Shown here one piece after another: positions 1-10,559 of a stretch of DNA of 64,000 bases. The notes below the pieces were generated by a model. The model worked only from the letters and a program-made list of their open reading frames with translations. It had not been told where the DNA came from and ran no database searches. The DNA lies in contig JAHYJR010000002.1 of NCBI GenBank assembly GCA_019429005.1, positions 1 through 64,000 on the forward strand. Direction: 5' to 3'. The position numbers and the translations under genes are program-made. This DNA comes from Nanobdellati archaeon. GTDB taxonomy: Archaea > EX4484-52 > GLR71. Each line of letters opens with the position of its first letter. Position 1 is the stretch's first letter.

Positions 1-1
1 T

Positions 2-252
2 GACAATTATTCAAGGTTAAACGATTTCATAACTGCCTGGGAAGACTTTGAAAAGTTAAAGAAAGAAAAAAATTACTTAGACTTTTCAGACCTCAATTAT
101 TATACATTAAAATTATTTCGTGAATTTGGTGCAAATAAAGAACAATCTAAATACATATTCATAGACGAATTTCAAGACACAAACAAATTACAATTTGAAC
201 TGATAGAATTTATCGCAGACCAAAACATAACTGTAGTGGGCGACCCAAACCA
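2..252 (+). pseudogene. UvrD/PcrA-like SF1 helicase fragment (enters from window edge, truncated after motif III)
   Basis: Own translation: ...LDFSDL...YIFIDEFQDTNKLQFELI...ITVVGDPN, then homology stops where GDPNQSIY is expected. Confidence 0.8.
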
Positions 253-711
253 TAACATCTTCAAAAACTTGTTCGCTCAATCGCAGATGAACAAAATCAT
301 TAAGTGTTGAAACTGACGGAATCGTTTTCAATTTCAATATTTTTTGATCAAATTCTGATAAGGATCTTAATAGTTTTTCATAGCCACAATCATAAAAATA
401 ATAAGCAGTAGCCAACCTTATCATTGCACCAACACAGTGTGTTGGTGTTCGAAGATAATATTTTTTCAGAACATAATCTTCAAGCTCAGTGATATCTAAA
501 TGTGCAAGATACTCAAAGAGCGTACAACCATTTTGTGTCAATTCAGTTAATGTTTGTTTTACATAAACACCAGCTGAATACTCCACTGTTATCGCTTTTC
601 TCATGAGCCATTCGAATTGGGAGTATATATAGTTAACTGTTGATAATTCGAATTAGGTCTTCGTTAAAAAAGAGATTACTTTAAAAGGGATTTCCTTAAC
701 TGGATAGTCTC
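245..711 (-). mobile_element. Truncated IS remnant: N-terminal part of a DDE transposase (IS4/IS5-like)
   Basis: ORF 188..604 has transposase N-terminal-like pattern (MIRL..AYY....YEKLLRSL...LKLKTIPSVSTLNDFVHLRL); no catalytic core; possible terminal repeat near 694-711 is inference. Confidence 0.55.
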
Positions 712-814
712 AATATCTTTATATCTCAGAGTATATATTTATGACTATATGGTTAATATAAAAAAGATACAAACATTTTAATCAATATATAAAAGTATAA
801 ATCTAATAAAATTC

Positions 815-1288
815 ATGTTTGACAATTTAATTTCTATATTAAACATTCAAAATCCATGGTTAATTATAGGATTACTTGCAATGGCGCCAATAAGCGAATC
901 TAGAGGTGCAATAATATATGGGATTTCAAAAGGTCTTGATCCATTGAGCGTATTTATAATTTCAGTAGCCTTAAACACATTAGTAATGATTCCCATTCTA
1001 TATCTCCTAAGACAAAAACCGATAATGTTGATGATACACAAAGTAATAGGAAAACGAATAACAAATATACTTGAAAAAAATAAAGAAAAATTTGAATTAT
1101 ATGAAGAACTAACACTTTTTGGTTTTGTTGCAATACCAGCAATAGGAACAGGTGCCTGGACCGGCACATTACTTGCAACAGTTTTAGAACTTGATTTAAA
1201 AAAATCATTTTTGGTCATAACAGCAGGTATTATTGCAGCCGCATTGATTGTATTATTAAGCACAAATGGTTTTTTTTATTTTATTTAA
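815..1288 (+). CDS. Small multidrug export family membrane protein (COG2426-like)
   Basis: APISESRGAI and FVAIPAIGTGAWTG motifs, hydrophobic. Confidence 0.8.
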   Translation: MFDNLISILNIQNPWLIIGLLAMAPISESRGAIIYGISKGLDPLSVFIISVALNTLVMIPILYLLRQKPIMLMIHKVIGKRITNILEKNKEKFELYEELTLFGFVAIPAIGTGAWTGTLLATVLELDLKKSFLVITAGIIAAALIVLLSTNGFFYFI

Positions 1289-1353
1289 TGAAATAATTTG
1301 AATCCCAGTTTAAAAATTAACAAACATTTTATATATTACTTAATTTCAATCGT

Positions 1354-1447
1354 ATTATGAAACTTGTAAGTGCTTGTCTGGCTTATCCTTATAACAATAT
1401 AATACATAAGAACTTATAATTATGAAACTTGTAAGTGCTTGTCTGGC
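1354..1447 (+). repeat. 29-bp direct repeat duplicating the 5' end of the DUF523 gene
   Basis: ATTATGAAACTTGTAAGTGCTTGTCTGGC at 1354-1382 and 1419-1447. Confidence 0.9.
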
Positions 1448-1829
1448 AGGAATCAATTGTAGATGGAATGGCAAAGCAAAACCGTGTCAAAAAGTTATTG
1501 AATTAGTTCGACAAGGTAAAGCAATTCCAGTCTGTCCTGAACAATTAGGTGGATTAACAACTCCTCGAGAAGCATCAGAACAGAGAGGAGATAAAGTCTT
1601 TACAAAAGAAGGTAAAGATTTAACTCATCCATTTGAAAAAGGTGCAGAAGAAGGATTGAAAATAGCAAAACTTGCAAATTGTAATGAAGCAATTCTAAAG
1701 GCGAACTCGCAGTCATGTGGTTCGAGCAAAGTTTTCGATGGAACTTTCTCAGGTAATTTAGCTGAAGGTGATGGAGTATTTGCAAAACTTCTCAAAAAAA
1801 ATAATATTAAAGTCGTTAGTGAAGAGTAA
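1422..1829 (+). CDS. DUF523 / 2-thiouracil desulfurase family protein
   Basis: VSACLAGINCRWNG, PVCPEQLGGL.TPRE, LKANSQSCGS, GDGVFA. Confidence 0.9.
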   Translation: MKLVSACLAGINCRWNGKAKPCQKVIELVRQGKAIPVCPEQLGGLTTPREASEQRGDKVFTKEGKDLTHPFEKGAEEGLKIAKLANCNEAILKANSQSCGSSKVFDGTFSGNLAEGDGVFAKLLKKNNIKVVSEE

Positions 1830-1851
1830 TTTAAAACCCAAAATAAACAAC

Positions 1852-2301
1852 TTAAAAACCAAAAATAAAATAAAACGACATCCAGTTATTTGCTAGATGG
1901 CATATCAAGCTCCCTTTTAATTCATATTTATTGTACACCAGTCCAAAAACAAGACCTATAAACATCATATTAAACGCTTTTAATATACCCCAACCAGATA
2001 CCATATGCCAGAATCCAAATAATATGCTAGATACTATAAGTCCAATATTAAGTAAATTTTTTTTCTTAAACCATTCTAGTATTGTTCGGTGGAATATTAA
2101 TTCTTCAAAAATGGGAGCAACTAATCCTACATAAAGAACCTTAACATACCATGTTGATGATAACCACCAGCTTCCATTTCCTAAAGTAAGTTCTAATGTT
2201 TGCGGGAATGCGACAAACATCCATTTCAGAAAATTATAATTTATTAAGTAAAGAAGTATTCCTATAATTAAAGTATATATAAAATAATTAGACTTCTTCA
2301 T
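1852..2301 (-). CDS. CPBP (Abi/CAAX) intramembrane glutamic protease
   Basis: APIFEELIFHR, FGFWH, HLANN motifs. Confidence 0.85.
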   Translation of the reverse strand: MKKSNYFIYTLIIGILLYLINYNFLKWMFVAFPQTLELTLGNGSWWLSSTWYVKVLYVGLVAPIFEELIFHRTILEWFKKKNLLNIGLIVSSILFGFWHMVSGWGILKAFNMMFIGLVFGLVYNKYELKGSLICHLANNWMSFYFIFGF

Positions 2302-2391
2302 TATTAGAATTATATAGTGTTTTTTAAATCAATTGCTATCTAATTTAGAGTTAAAATTTAGATAAAAATACTTTTTTTTATGTATGTTGAA

Positions 2392-2414
2392 CCTCAAAAA
2401 TAGTATTTTTGAGG
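2392..2414. promoter_or_regulatory. Perfect 11-bp inverted repeat in a divergent intergenic region
   Basis: CCTCAAAAATA-G-TATTTTTGAGG. Confidence 0.45.
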
Positions 2415-2470
2415 ATTGAACTATCAAAATTATTTAAACACATAACGAACATAATTATAAGGTAAGATTT

Positions 2471-3232
2471 ATGAACAAAAAATTATTTTCACAAATTGCA
2501 ATTATAGTAATTGTATTAATTTCAGCTCTATATTTAGTTATAGGAAGTGAAAGTGCAAAAATAACAAATTTTGACGAATGCGAGAATGCTGGTTGGCTTT
2601 TACGCAGTATAACTATTTATGATTATGCCGAATATGTTCCAAATGCAATTGAACAGAAATGCACACTTTGGACTGGTACCTTTTTTGTGAAAGAAACTGT
2701 AGAACCTCCATTTATTCCACCTATAACTAATGAACCAGAACCATTACCCCAAACAACAAAAGCGTATGTTTATGATGAGGACTTTGGATATGGTTTTGAG
2801 TATCCTGAAGGATGGGAATTTTATATAAATCTCGCAGACGGTGTTAATGGTTGTGATTCTGAACTAGGTTACGAAGGTTATACTTGTGTTGATTTTGAAA
2901 ATAAAGATATTAAAAAAGTAATTCTGTTTGAAAGTGGGTCGGCACAAATAGATTTCACAGTACAGTCTGCTACAAATATAGAAACTATCACAAATGAATT
3001 CAAGACAATTGCGGAGATGTCTGGTTTAGAGGTTTTAAGTGAGGTTGGAATCTCAATAAATAATGTATATGGGTATGATACACTAACAGGAACTTCTGGA
3101 TGGAAACTAAGACAGGTAGTCTTTATAGATAACGGGACAGTTTACATTTTCAAATATTCTGGCCAAGAAGAATCGTATGATCTGAATGAAGATATTTTTG
3201 AAAATATGATAAATTCATTTAACGTTCAATAA
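2471..3232 (+). CDS. Membrane-anchored extracellular protein with C-terminal PsbP-like domain
   Basis: N-terminal TM, ITNFDEC motif, Pro-rich linker, YGFEYPEGW ... FENMINSF. Confidence 0.65.
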   Translation: MNKKLFSQIAIIVIVLISALYLVIGSESAKITNFDECENAGWLLRSITIYDYAEYVPNAIEQKCTLWTGTFFVKETVEPPFIPPITNEPEPLPQTTKAYVYDEDFGYGFEYPEGWEFYINLADGVNGCDSELGYEGYTCVDFENKDIKKVILFESGSAQIDFTVQSATNIETITNEFKTIAEMSGLEVLSEVGISINNVYGYDTLTGTSGWKLRQVVFIDNGTVYIFKYSGQEESYDLNEDIFENMINSFNVQ

Positions 3233-3419
3233 AAATAAAATATTATGATTATACTCTTTTGTATAGTCATAATGTTTATTGAAAAATATGTAACAATATT
3301 AAAAATCTATTTTTGAAGTCTATTTAAAATGTTTTTATTCTTCTATATTCTTACTTAATAAGTACTAACAATCTGTATATTTATAAATATAATTATCAAA
3401 AATTATATTGTGTTTTAAA

Positions 3420-3890
3420 TAAGTGAAGAAGAACAATTAGAAGGACTAATTGTAGATTTTGATGGAGATACAATAAACATATACGATATGATTAGACCGG
3501 GTCATTGGTTTAGCACTGCATATCAAAATAAGATACTTTAGCTTTAGATAAAACATTTGAATTAAATGGCGAGCTAATTGAACCTGATAGTGAGATTATG
3601 CAAAATTTAAATATTGTAACAGGTTATTGTTCTTTAGGTGAAAGTGAAGTTGAAACCGTTTTAAGGTATTTTGTAGGATTAGCTAAACAAGTTGGTAATT
3701 TTGTAGGCTTTTTAGAAGAAGAAATGTACCAATTAATAAATGATTAAAAATTAAGATTTTTTGATATAAGTGATATTAATAGAGCATTAAGTTATAGAGA
3801 TGGAATGGAACACCGAGAGACATATCTTAAGAAAATTGATGTTGAAGGTGAATCTGTTTTGTTTCCAGCTAATCTAAGGATTTTTTTGAT
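3420..3890 (+). pseudogene. Degraded coding remnant, unknown product
   Basis: Purine-rich codon-like sequence interrupted by several stops/frameshift; no intact ORF. Confidence 0.4.
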
Positions 3891-4019
3891 ATAAATATTA
3901 TATATAAAACATCCCAACCCTAACCAAACATTTAAATATGAGGCGGTTTAATTTAGTTATATTGTTAAAATAAGGATTATTTTAAATTTTTATTTTTACT
4001 TTTAAATTGAGTTGATAAT

Positions 4020-4454
4020 ATGACAGTAAAGAAAGGAGATAAGATAAAAGTTGATTATACAGGTACTTTAGAAGACGGTACTGTTTTTGATAGTTCAAAA
4101 ACACATGGTCAACCACTTGAATTTGAAGCAGGTGCAGGTCAAGTTATACCAGGTTTTGATAACGCTGTAATTGGTATGGCTAAAGGTGATGAAAAAGAAG
4201 TAACTTTGGAAGTAGAGGATGCTTATGGCGAATATAATGATAAATTAGTAAAAGATATTCCAAAAGAGCAGCTTCCACAAGATCAAGAAGTTAAGCCTGA
4301 GATGATGCTTATGGTAGGTCTTCCAAATGGACAACAAATACCTGCAAAAATTACAGAAGTCGGCGATAAAACAGTAAAAATTGATTTAAATCATCCTCTT
4401 GCAGGACAAGTTTTAAAATTCAAAATAAAAATGATTGAATTCGCTTCAAAATAA
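4020..4454 (+). CDS. slyD: FKBP-type peptidyl-prolyl isomerase (SlyD-like)
   Basis: VDYTGTLEDGTVFDSS, GQVIPGF, DLNHPLAG. Confidence 0.95.
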   Translation: MTVKKGDKIKVDYTGTLEDGTVFDSSKTHGQPLEFEAGAGQVIPGFDNAVIGMAKGDEKEVTLEVEDAYGEYNDKLVKDIPKEQLPQDQEVKPEMMLMVGLPNGQQIPAKITEVGDKTVKIDLNHPLAGQVLKFKIKMIEFASK

Positions 4455-4480
4455 TTGATTGATTTTTAATCAATCTTTTT

Positions 4481-5839
4481 TTATTTTTCTTTAATTTTTT
4501 CTATAATTTTTTTCATTATTACATATGCAATTGCACCTGTAATTATAGTGGATACAGTTATTGCTATAAATATACCTTTTAGTCCAAAGATATATGACCC
4601 AAGATAACTAAGTGGGATGTATAATACAAATATCTGAAATAGTATAAGACCTGAAGCAATAATAGGTCTATTTAAAACATTTAACGCTGTTGTAACGTTC
4701 ATTAATATGCCTTGAGCAGCATAGCTTAAAGGTACTATCCCTAAATACAATACAATTATTGATATAATTATTGGGTCGTTACTAAATATTGAAGATATTG
4801 GTTTTGATAAGGCAATTATTGATACAAATAGTGCAATACCCCATATTAACGATAACTTATTTGAATAGTTAAGTGCTTTATTAACTCTTTTGTATTTTTT
4901 AGCAGTCCAATTTTGACCTACAAAAGGCCCGAGTGCTGAAGCTAAGGCAATAAGTGCAGTCATTGCGAAAAATTCAATCCTTGTTGCAACACCAAAGGCA
5001 GCTACGGCTTCAGTACCATATTTTGCAATTAAGCTTAATATTATACCCATAGCAATTGGTTGTAAAATACGTGTAATCGTACTTGGTATACCTATATACA
5101 ATATACCTTTCCAAGATCGTATCAAATCGTTCATTTTGGGTCTTTCGAAAGAGATCATATTTTCACGATAATATAGTACCCATAAGGCCACAAAAAATGT
5201 TACAGCTCTAGCAATAATAGTTGCGATAGCTGCACCTGCAAGTCCCATTTTAGGGAATGGCCCTAAACCAAAAATCAGTATTGGATCAAGTATGAGATTT
5301 ACAGCAACCGCAACAAGCATTATTATACTTGGTGTTTTCATATCACCTGTCGCACGTATTGCATTATTTCCAACCATTGGCACTATAACAAATATTACAC
5401 CAATATACCATATTTCCATGTATTGTTTGATTAAGGGAATAAGCGTGTCTGTTGCTCCAATTAATTTGAATAGTGGTTCAATTGTCATAAAACCAATAAT
5501 TGCTGAAAAAATAACAATAATTAACGAAAGAATAAGACTATCTGTTGTAAGTCTTTGTACTGCCTTGTATTTACCTTTTCCAATAGCTCTTGAAACCATT
5601 GCAGATGTTCCTATACCAAGCCCAAGAGATAGGCTGACAATTACCATTATGACAGGGAATGTAAAACTTAAAGCTGCAAGTTCGTTTATACCAAGCTTTG
5701 CAACAAAGAATGTATCAATAAGGTTAAATGCTACCATCCCAAACATACCAAATATCATTGGTATTGTCATTTTTAGGATTCTTGATTCAACAGGACCATT
5801 AATAAGTTTAGCATTGTTTTCAATTTTCTTTTGATTCAT
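4481..5839 (-). CDS. MATE family efflux transporter
   Basis: 12-TM pattern, DTFFVAKLG, RATGDMKTP, NLILDPILIFG; ATG at 5839 preferred over upstream TTG. Confidence 0.93.
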   Translation of the reverse strand: MNQKKIENNAKLINGPVESRILKMTIPMIFGMFGMVAFNLIDTFFVAKLGINELAALSFTFPVIMVIVSLSLGLGIGTSAMVSRAIGKGKYKAVQRLTTDSLILSLIIVIFSAIIGFMTIEPLFKLIGATDTLIPLIKQYMEIWYIGVIFVIVPMVGNNAIRATGDMKTPSIIMLVAVAVNLILDPILIFGLGPFPKMGLAGAAIATIIARAVTFFVALWVLYYRENMISFERPKMNDLIRSWKGILYIGIPSTITRILQPIAMGIILSLIAKYGTEAVAAFGVATRIEFFAMTALIALASALGPFVGQNWTAKKYKRVNKALNYSNKLSLIWGIALFVSIIALSKPISSIFSNDPIIISIIVLYLGIVPLSYAAQGILMNVTTALNVLNRPIIASGLILFQIFVLYIPLSYLGSYIFGLKGIFIAITVSTIITGAIAYVIMKKIIEKIKEK

Positions 5840-6176
5840 AAATATCAGTATTTGATTTTTTAGATTAATCAGTATCAACGATAAGATTTAGGTTATAATA
5901 AGATTTGTTTAAAATCTTAAAATAAATTATAAATTTAATTTTTTTTTAAAAAATAGATGTTATAACTATTATCTTGATTATGATTATTAATTAATAAGAT
6001 TTAAATGTTTTTAATTGTTTTGGATCTTTATGTTTTTTTGATTTGAGACTTTTTAGTTTAGCCCCTATTTTTGATTCTTAAAAGAATAGTTTTATTAATA
6101 TATCAAAAGATTAGTTTCCGAAAAGACATTCATCAAAACGCATATTAACGACAATAGCCTAATAATAAGTATGCAT

Positions 6177-6451
6177 CTTGATGCCAGTGGACTTTTTTTG
6201 TTTCATCCATGTATATAAGATATACTTTATCTATGTCCAAAGTCTTAAGAAGTGCATTTCGAACCTCACCAACCTTGTCCATAAGAAACTCATAATCATT
6301 TTTTTGTTAATAGGTGTAAATCACTTACATCTTTTTTCCACACAATAACGGTATGACCTTTAGTAATCGGAAAGTTTGCAAGAGGTGCATATAATTTATT
6401 GTCCTCATAAATAATCGCATCTTTGAAAGGTTTAGGGAGTGCAGAATTCAT
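6177..6451 (-). pseudogene. HIT-family protein, frameshifted and truncated
   Basis: MNSALPKP..IIYEDNKLYA..PITKGHTVIVWK; extra A in A7 run at 6299-6305 gives TGA; continues DYEFLMDKV...KVHWH then diverges. Confidence 0.75.
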
Positions 6452-6543
6452 AATATATTAAGTATTTTTTAGGTTTATATAGATTGTTTTTTGATATAAT
6501 TGAAACATTTAAAAGATTATCTCTTAAATATATAATATCTTAG

Positions 6544-6629
6544 GCGGGGGTAGCCTAGCTTGGTCAATGGCGCAGGGTTGAGGGCCCTGTAGTTTAGTAC
6601 TTACGCGAGTTCAAATCTCGTCCCCCGCA
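6544..6629 (+). tRNA. tRNA-Leu(GAG), intronless, CCA not encoded
   Basis: GCGGGGG/CCCCCGC acceptor stem, anticodon arm CAGGG-TTGAGGG-CCCTG, long variable arm, GAGTTCAAATCTC T arm. Confidence 0.95.
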
Positions 6630-6683
6630 CTATTTTTCTTATTGCAAAAATACTTTTTTATATTTCTGTAATCAAATTAAATT

Positions 6684-7100
6684 ATGATTAATAATTTGAA
6701 ATCTAATTTAAATAACCTAGCAGACCCAGACCGTGCAAAAAATCTTTTAAGATATTTTAAGACCTGACCAGGTGAGTAAGGTGAAGGGGACATATTTATT
6801 GGTATAACAGTACCAAATTTACGTAAAATCGCAAAAAAGTATAAAGACATATCGCTTGACGAAACAAAACTCTTATTGTCAAGTAAAATCCATGAACACC
6901 GTTTAATCGCTTTATTCATTCTAATCATTAAATATCGGGTTTCAGATGAACCAAATAAAAAAGATATCTTTGATATTTATCTTGATAATATGCAATATAT
7001 AAACAATTGGGATCTGATTGATTCTTCAGCCGGATACATAATCGGCGATTGTTTTAAATTATCAAAAAGTTGTTGTATCGTATTTTTCTTAGGGTTATAA
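6684..7100 (+). pseudogene. AlkD-like DNA alkylation repair protein, two nonsense mutations and 3' truncation
   Basis: RYFKT*PGE*GEGDIFIGITVP...IHEHRL...INNWDLIDSSA; TGA 6765, TAA 6777. Confidence 0.85.
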
Positions 7101-7290
7101 CGCTTAATATATTCTTGCTTAGATGTTTTTAGAATAAATTCATTACCATTAAATTTTATATACGTATTCACAATTAACAATGCGACCATTTAAGTATCTT
7201 TTTTTTGAAATTTTCGAAATTGAACCATATAAATAGTATAATTAGACTTGTTTAATAATTTATCTAAAGTAAAACCTAAAACATTTATAT

Positions 7291-8403
7291 CTAACTTTTA
7301 GATACCGAACCATTTGATTTATGATAATGACTTTCTAAGTCCTTATATCCATAAGGTCTTTTTACAGGTTGATTATATCTGAATATTCTTGCAATTGCAA
7401 TTGAATCACCCCTTTTTAATGTTCGAGGAAATCTTTTAAGATATAAATGTGCTGTAATATTTCCCATATATCCGGGATCACCCCATCCAGCGTTTGCAGA
7501 TTGGTTTTCAAAAGTTATCCAGTTTTCTAAACTAAGCTTATTATGACTATATGGAATATTTTGTAGTATTTGCAGTCCAACATTATCTGGTAATTCGATT
7601 CTTGGTTGTAATTGAGCAATAACGGGTTTATTAAGTTCTAATTGTACCGGATTTGTTGTATCTCTTAATATGTAAAGGTCATCTTCAGAATATTTTTGTT
7701 CGGTATCAATTTCTCCGAAACCATCCTTAAATTCAAAGATATGATCGCAGAGATTAAATATAATATATGGTCCAATCATCTCAAAATCCGAATCAGGTAT
7801 GATTTTTTCAGCAATATCTTTAGCTTCGATAGGGTTATTAACAATATAACCATCAGAGGGTTCATATTTTGGATAGAAAAACATTTGTGCAAATTTACTT
7901 TGACCATATAATTTGATTGGATTAGAATTCAAATTTTGTAGGCTAAGATATGGCATACCATTTTCATACTGGATGGAATTGCTTGAAAGTCGTAAACCCA
8001 ACCGCCCTCTACTACTTCGTAAATCAACATCTACAAGATACTTATCTTTATTAAATGAGATATCATCATGTAAAAATACTTCAAAATAAGACTTAGGTGG
8101 TATTATTATAGGAATATCTTTTTCATCTTCATAAATTCTCGCAAAATCTGTGCTTGGTTCAAATTCAAAAGATTGTGGCTGTTTAATGAACGCATCAACA
8201 TTTTGTGCCACTGATTCATCATCATAAACTCGAACTTTACCCATTCGAACATCAAATGTAGCAGGTTGTAACTGGTCGTTCGTATAGTTTGTATTTATTG
8301 TTATGTCACCATCTAAAATAGCTTTTCCAATACCTCTGTCACTTAAGATTTTTGAACTTTGTGCCGATAAAGATAGCTTTATTTTGTCAATCATCAAATC
8401 CAC
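7291..8403 (-). CDS. dcd: dCTP deaminase-like protein with two dUTPase-fold halves
   Basis: ILSDR, QLQPATFDVR, RSSRGRLG, AGWGDPGYMGNIT, RPYG...HY. Confidence 0.75.
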   Translation of the reverse strand: MDLMIDKIKLSLSAQSSKILSDRGIGKAILDGDITINTNYTNDQLQPATFDVRMGKVRVYDDESVAQNVDAFIKQPQSFEFEPSTDFARIYEDEKDIPIIIPPKSYFEVFLHDDISFNKDKYLVDVDLRSSRGRLGLRLSSNSIQYENGMPYLSLQNLNSNPIKLYGQSKFAQMFFYPKYEPSDGYIVNNPIEAKDIAEKIIPDSDFEMIGPYIIFNLCDHIFEFKDGFGEIDTEQKYSEDDLYILRDTTNPVQLELNKPVIAQLQPRIELPDNVGLQILQNIPYSHNKLSLENWITFENQSANAGWGDPGYMGNITAHLYLKRFPRTLKRGDSIAIARIFRYNQPVKRPYGYKDLESHYHKSNGSVSKS

Positions 8404-8464
8404 TTTTTATAGATATATTTAAGCATAAAGTAGATTTTATATAGTTTATTATTATAAACCTAAT

Positions 8465-9712
8465 TTACCATCCATATTCTTTACTGATATAAAACGCTTT
8501 AAAGACCGTTTTTATATCTTTAATTTTTATATTTCGTATATGTAAAATACCTTTTATTGCCATTTTGAATTTGAAAAATTTAATCTCTGAAAGCTCTTTA
8601 TTATCAAGCATATTTCCAAGTATTTCAAGAGTATCATTTCCACGTTCTTTAATAATTTTTTTAATTTCAATAACAGAGGGATCCGCAATCGCAAAACCTT
8701 TACCTTTTTTAATCTTATAACCTTTCCATAAATCTTCATATAAAGACATGGTCTTTTCACTAAAATCATCTTTAAGAAGTGCATTTGATATTGCTTCACC
8801 TGCAAATTTTGCACACATTAGAGAATTTCGTATGCCACTATAGAAAACAGGGTTTGTCTGTCCTGCAGCATCACCGACTATAATAACACCATCACCATAG
8901 GTTTTCTCAAGCCATCCATAACCTGGAATTGTACCAGATACAGTTGTATTTTCAATAATTTTTGGATTTGAAAAATTAGACTGTATAAATGTTTCAATAC
9001 GACCTTTAAGATTAGTAACACCCTTTGCTACAATACCAATTTTAGCTGATGTTTTAGATTTAGGAAACACCCAGATATAACCTTCAGGTGCAAGCTCACT
9101 ATCAAAATAAAAATTAAGCTTATCTGTAGCTACACCTCCAACTTCATATTCAAGACCGACAACATAACCATCTTTCCATTGTTTAATAGCCTCTTTACTG
9201 ACAACTTTTGTCAATTCAGCAACTCTTGAACCAGGTCCATCTGCACCTACAACGATTTTTGTATAATATTTACCCTTTTTTGTCTTTACAACCCATAAAT
9301 CACCATCTTTTTCAATATTTTCCATAGGTTCGTTCTTATTAATCTTACAACCTGCTTTTCTTGCAAGAAGTGCAATATATTTATCAAATCGGTCTCTATG
9401 TAATATAAAACCAGGCATTATTATCTGTCCATATTTCCATTTTACATCACGATTAGGATAATATGTTCGTAAACTAACAATTTTATTTTCGATGCATTCC
9501 TCAGGTAATTGGATATTAACGTCTTTAAGTCCCTTTCGGCTAATACCACCACCGCATGCGACAGGAACGCCTATATTTGTACGTTTTTCAAGTATTAATA
9601 CTTTTAAATTATTATTTTCTTCAAGAATTGTCTTTGCAGTCATCGTTCCTGCAGGACCAGCGCCTATTATTATTACGTCGAGGATTTCCTTTTTATTTGC
9701 CATATAGCACAC
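8465..9712 (-). CDS. Digeranylgeranylglycerophospholipid reductase (geranylgeranyl reductase family)
   Basis: GAGPAG, VACGGG, DRDRF-like RDRFD, GADG, GYIWVFPK, GDAAGQTNP. Confidence 0.85.
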   Translation of the reverse strand: MCYMANKKEILDVIIIGAGPAGTMTAKTILEENNNLKVLILEKRTNIGVPVACGGGISRKGLKDVNIQLPEECIENKIVSLRTYYPNRDVKWKYGQIIMPGFILHRDRFDKYIALLARKAGCKINKNEPMENIEKDGDLWVVKTKKGKYYTKIVVGADGPGSRVAELTKVVSKEAIKQWKDGYVVGLEYEVGGVATDKLNFYFDSELAPEGYIWVFPKSKTSAKIGIVAKGVTNLKGRIETFIQSNFSNPKIIENTTVSGTIPGYGWLEKTYGDGVIIVGDAAGQTNPVFYSGIRNSLMCAKFAGEAISNALLKDDFSEKTMSLYEDLWKGYKIKKGKGFAIADPSVIEIKKIIKERGNDTLEILGNMLDNKELSEIKFFKFKMAIKGILHIRNIKIKDIKTVFKAFYISKEYGW

Positions 9713-9818
9713 ATCATATATTTTTTGGTTAAATTTATAAAGTTTAAATTAAAAATTAATTTAATTAAATAATATCTTTGATTATTATTTTTAAATGTAA
9801 AGATATATAATTATTATT

Positions 9819-10553
9819 GTGGTTTCTATTAAAATTGGAAAAATCGAGACTTATATAAATCAAAGGCTTCATAAAGTCAAAGCATTACATTTTACACTCA
9901 TAGATCCCTCTGAAATGGATTTAGAGACTGCAAAAAATGTAGCAAAATCAGCAAAAGAAGCAGATACAGATGGATTTCTTGTAAGACCTTCTTATGGTAC
10001 AAGCCCACTTCTTATTAAAAATATATTAAAAGCGATAAAATCCGTAGTAGATATTCCTGTTTTATCACTTCCAACAAATGTTGATGGCCTTACAAGTGAA
10101 ATAGATGCACTTTTATTCATAACGCTTCTAAATTCAAATAATACTTATTGGATGATTGGTGCACAAGCACTTGGTGCTCCTGTTCTTAAACAGATGGGTA
10201 TTGAAACAATACCTACGGCTTATATAATTGTAGAACCTGGTTCAACAACATCATGGATGGGTGACGTTAAACCAATACCTCGTGATAATTATAAGCTTGC
10301 AGCAATACATGCTCTTGGTGGTGAGTATTTTGGTATGAGGTTCCTTTATATTGAAACTGGAGAAAAAATAAAGATACCTGTTCCTGCTGAAATGATACAA
10401 ACTATAAGTAAGACATCAAACATAAATATAATTGTGCAGTCTTCTAATGCGACATCAGATTATTTTAAATCGCTTGTAGATGCTGGTGCAAAAATATTGG
10501 TCACACCTTATAGAGAGGACCTTAAAGATGTAATTGAGAAAATACGAATATAA
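9819..10553 (+). CDS. GGGP synthase paralog, probably catalytically inactive
   Basis: LIDP, LLNSNNTYWMIGAQALGAP, PTAYIIVEPG retained; GGS, YLEAGSG, GGG and TG motifs replaced. Confidence 0.8.
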   Translation: MVSIKIGKIETYINQRLHKVKALHFTLIDPSEMDLETAKNVAKSAKEADTDGFLVRPSYGTSPLLIKNILKAIKSVVDIPVLSLPTNVDGLTSEIDALLFITLLNSNNTYWMIGAQALGAPVLKQMGIETIPTAYIIVEPGSTTSWMGDVKPIPRDNYKLAAIHALGGEYFGMRFLYIETGEKIKIPVPAEMIQTISKTSNINIIVQSSNATSDYFKSLVDAGAKILVTPYREDLKDVIEKIRI

Positions 10554-10559
10554 TATTTA

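Noticed and set aside
6299-6305. Programmed frameshift or phase variation at poly-A runs (also 40396-40402)
   Set aside because: Both genes carry additional lesions (truncation, premature stops), so restoring the frame would not give an intact protein
6544-6629. Integrated element at tRNA-Leu
   Set aside because: No integrase and no duplicated tRNA end noticed in the window
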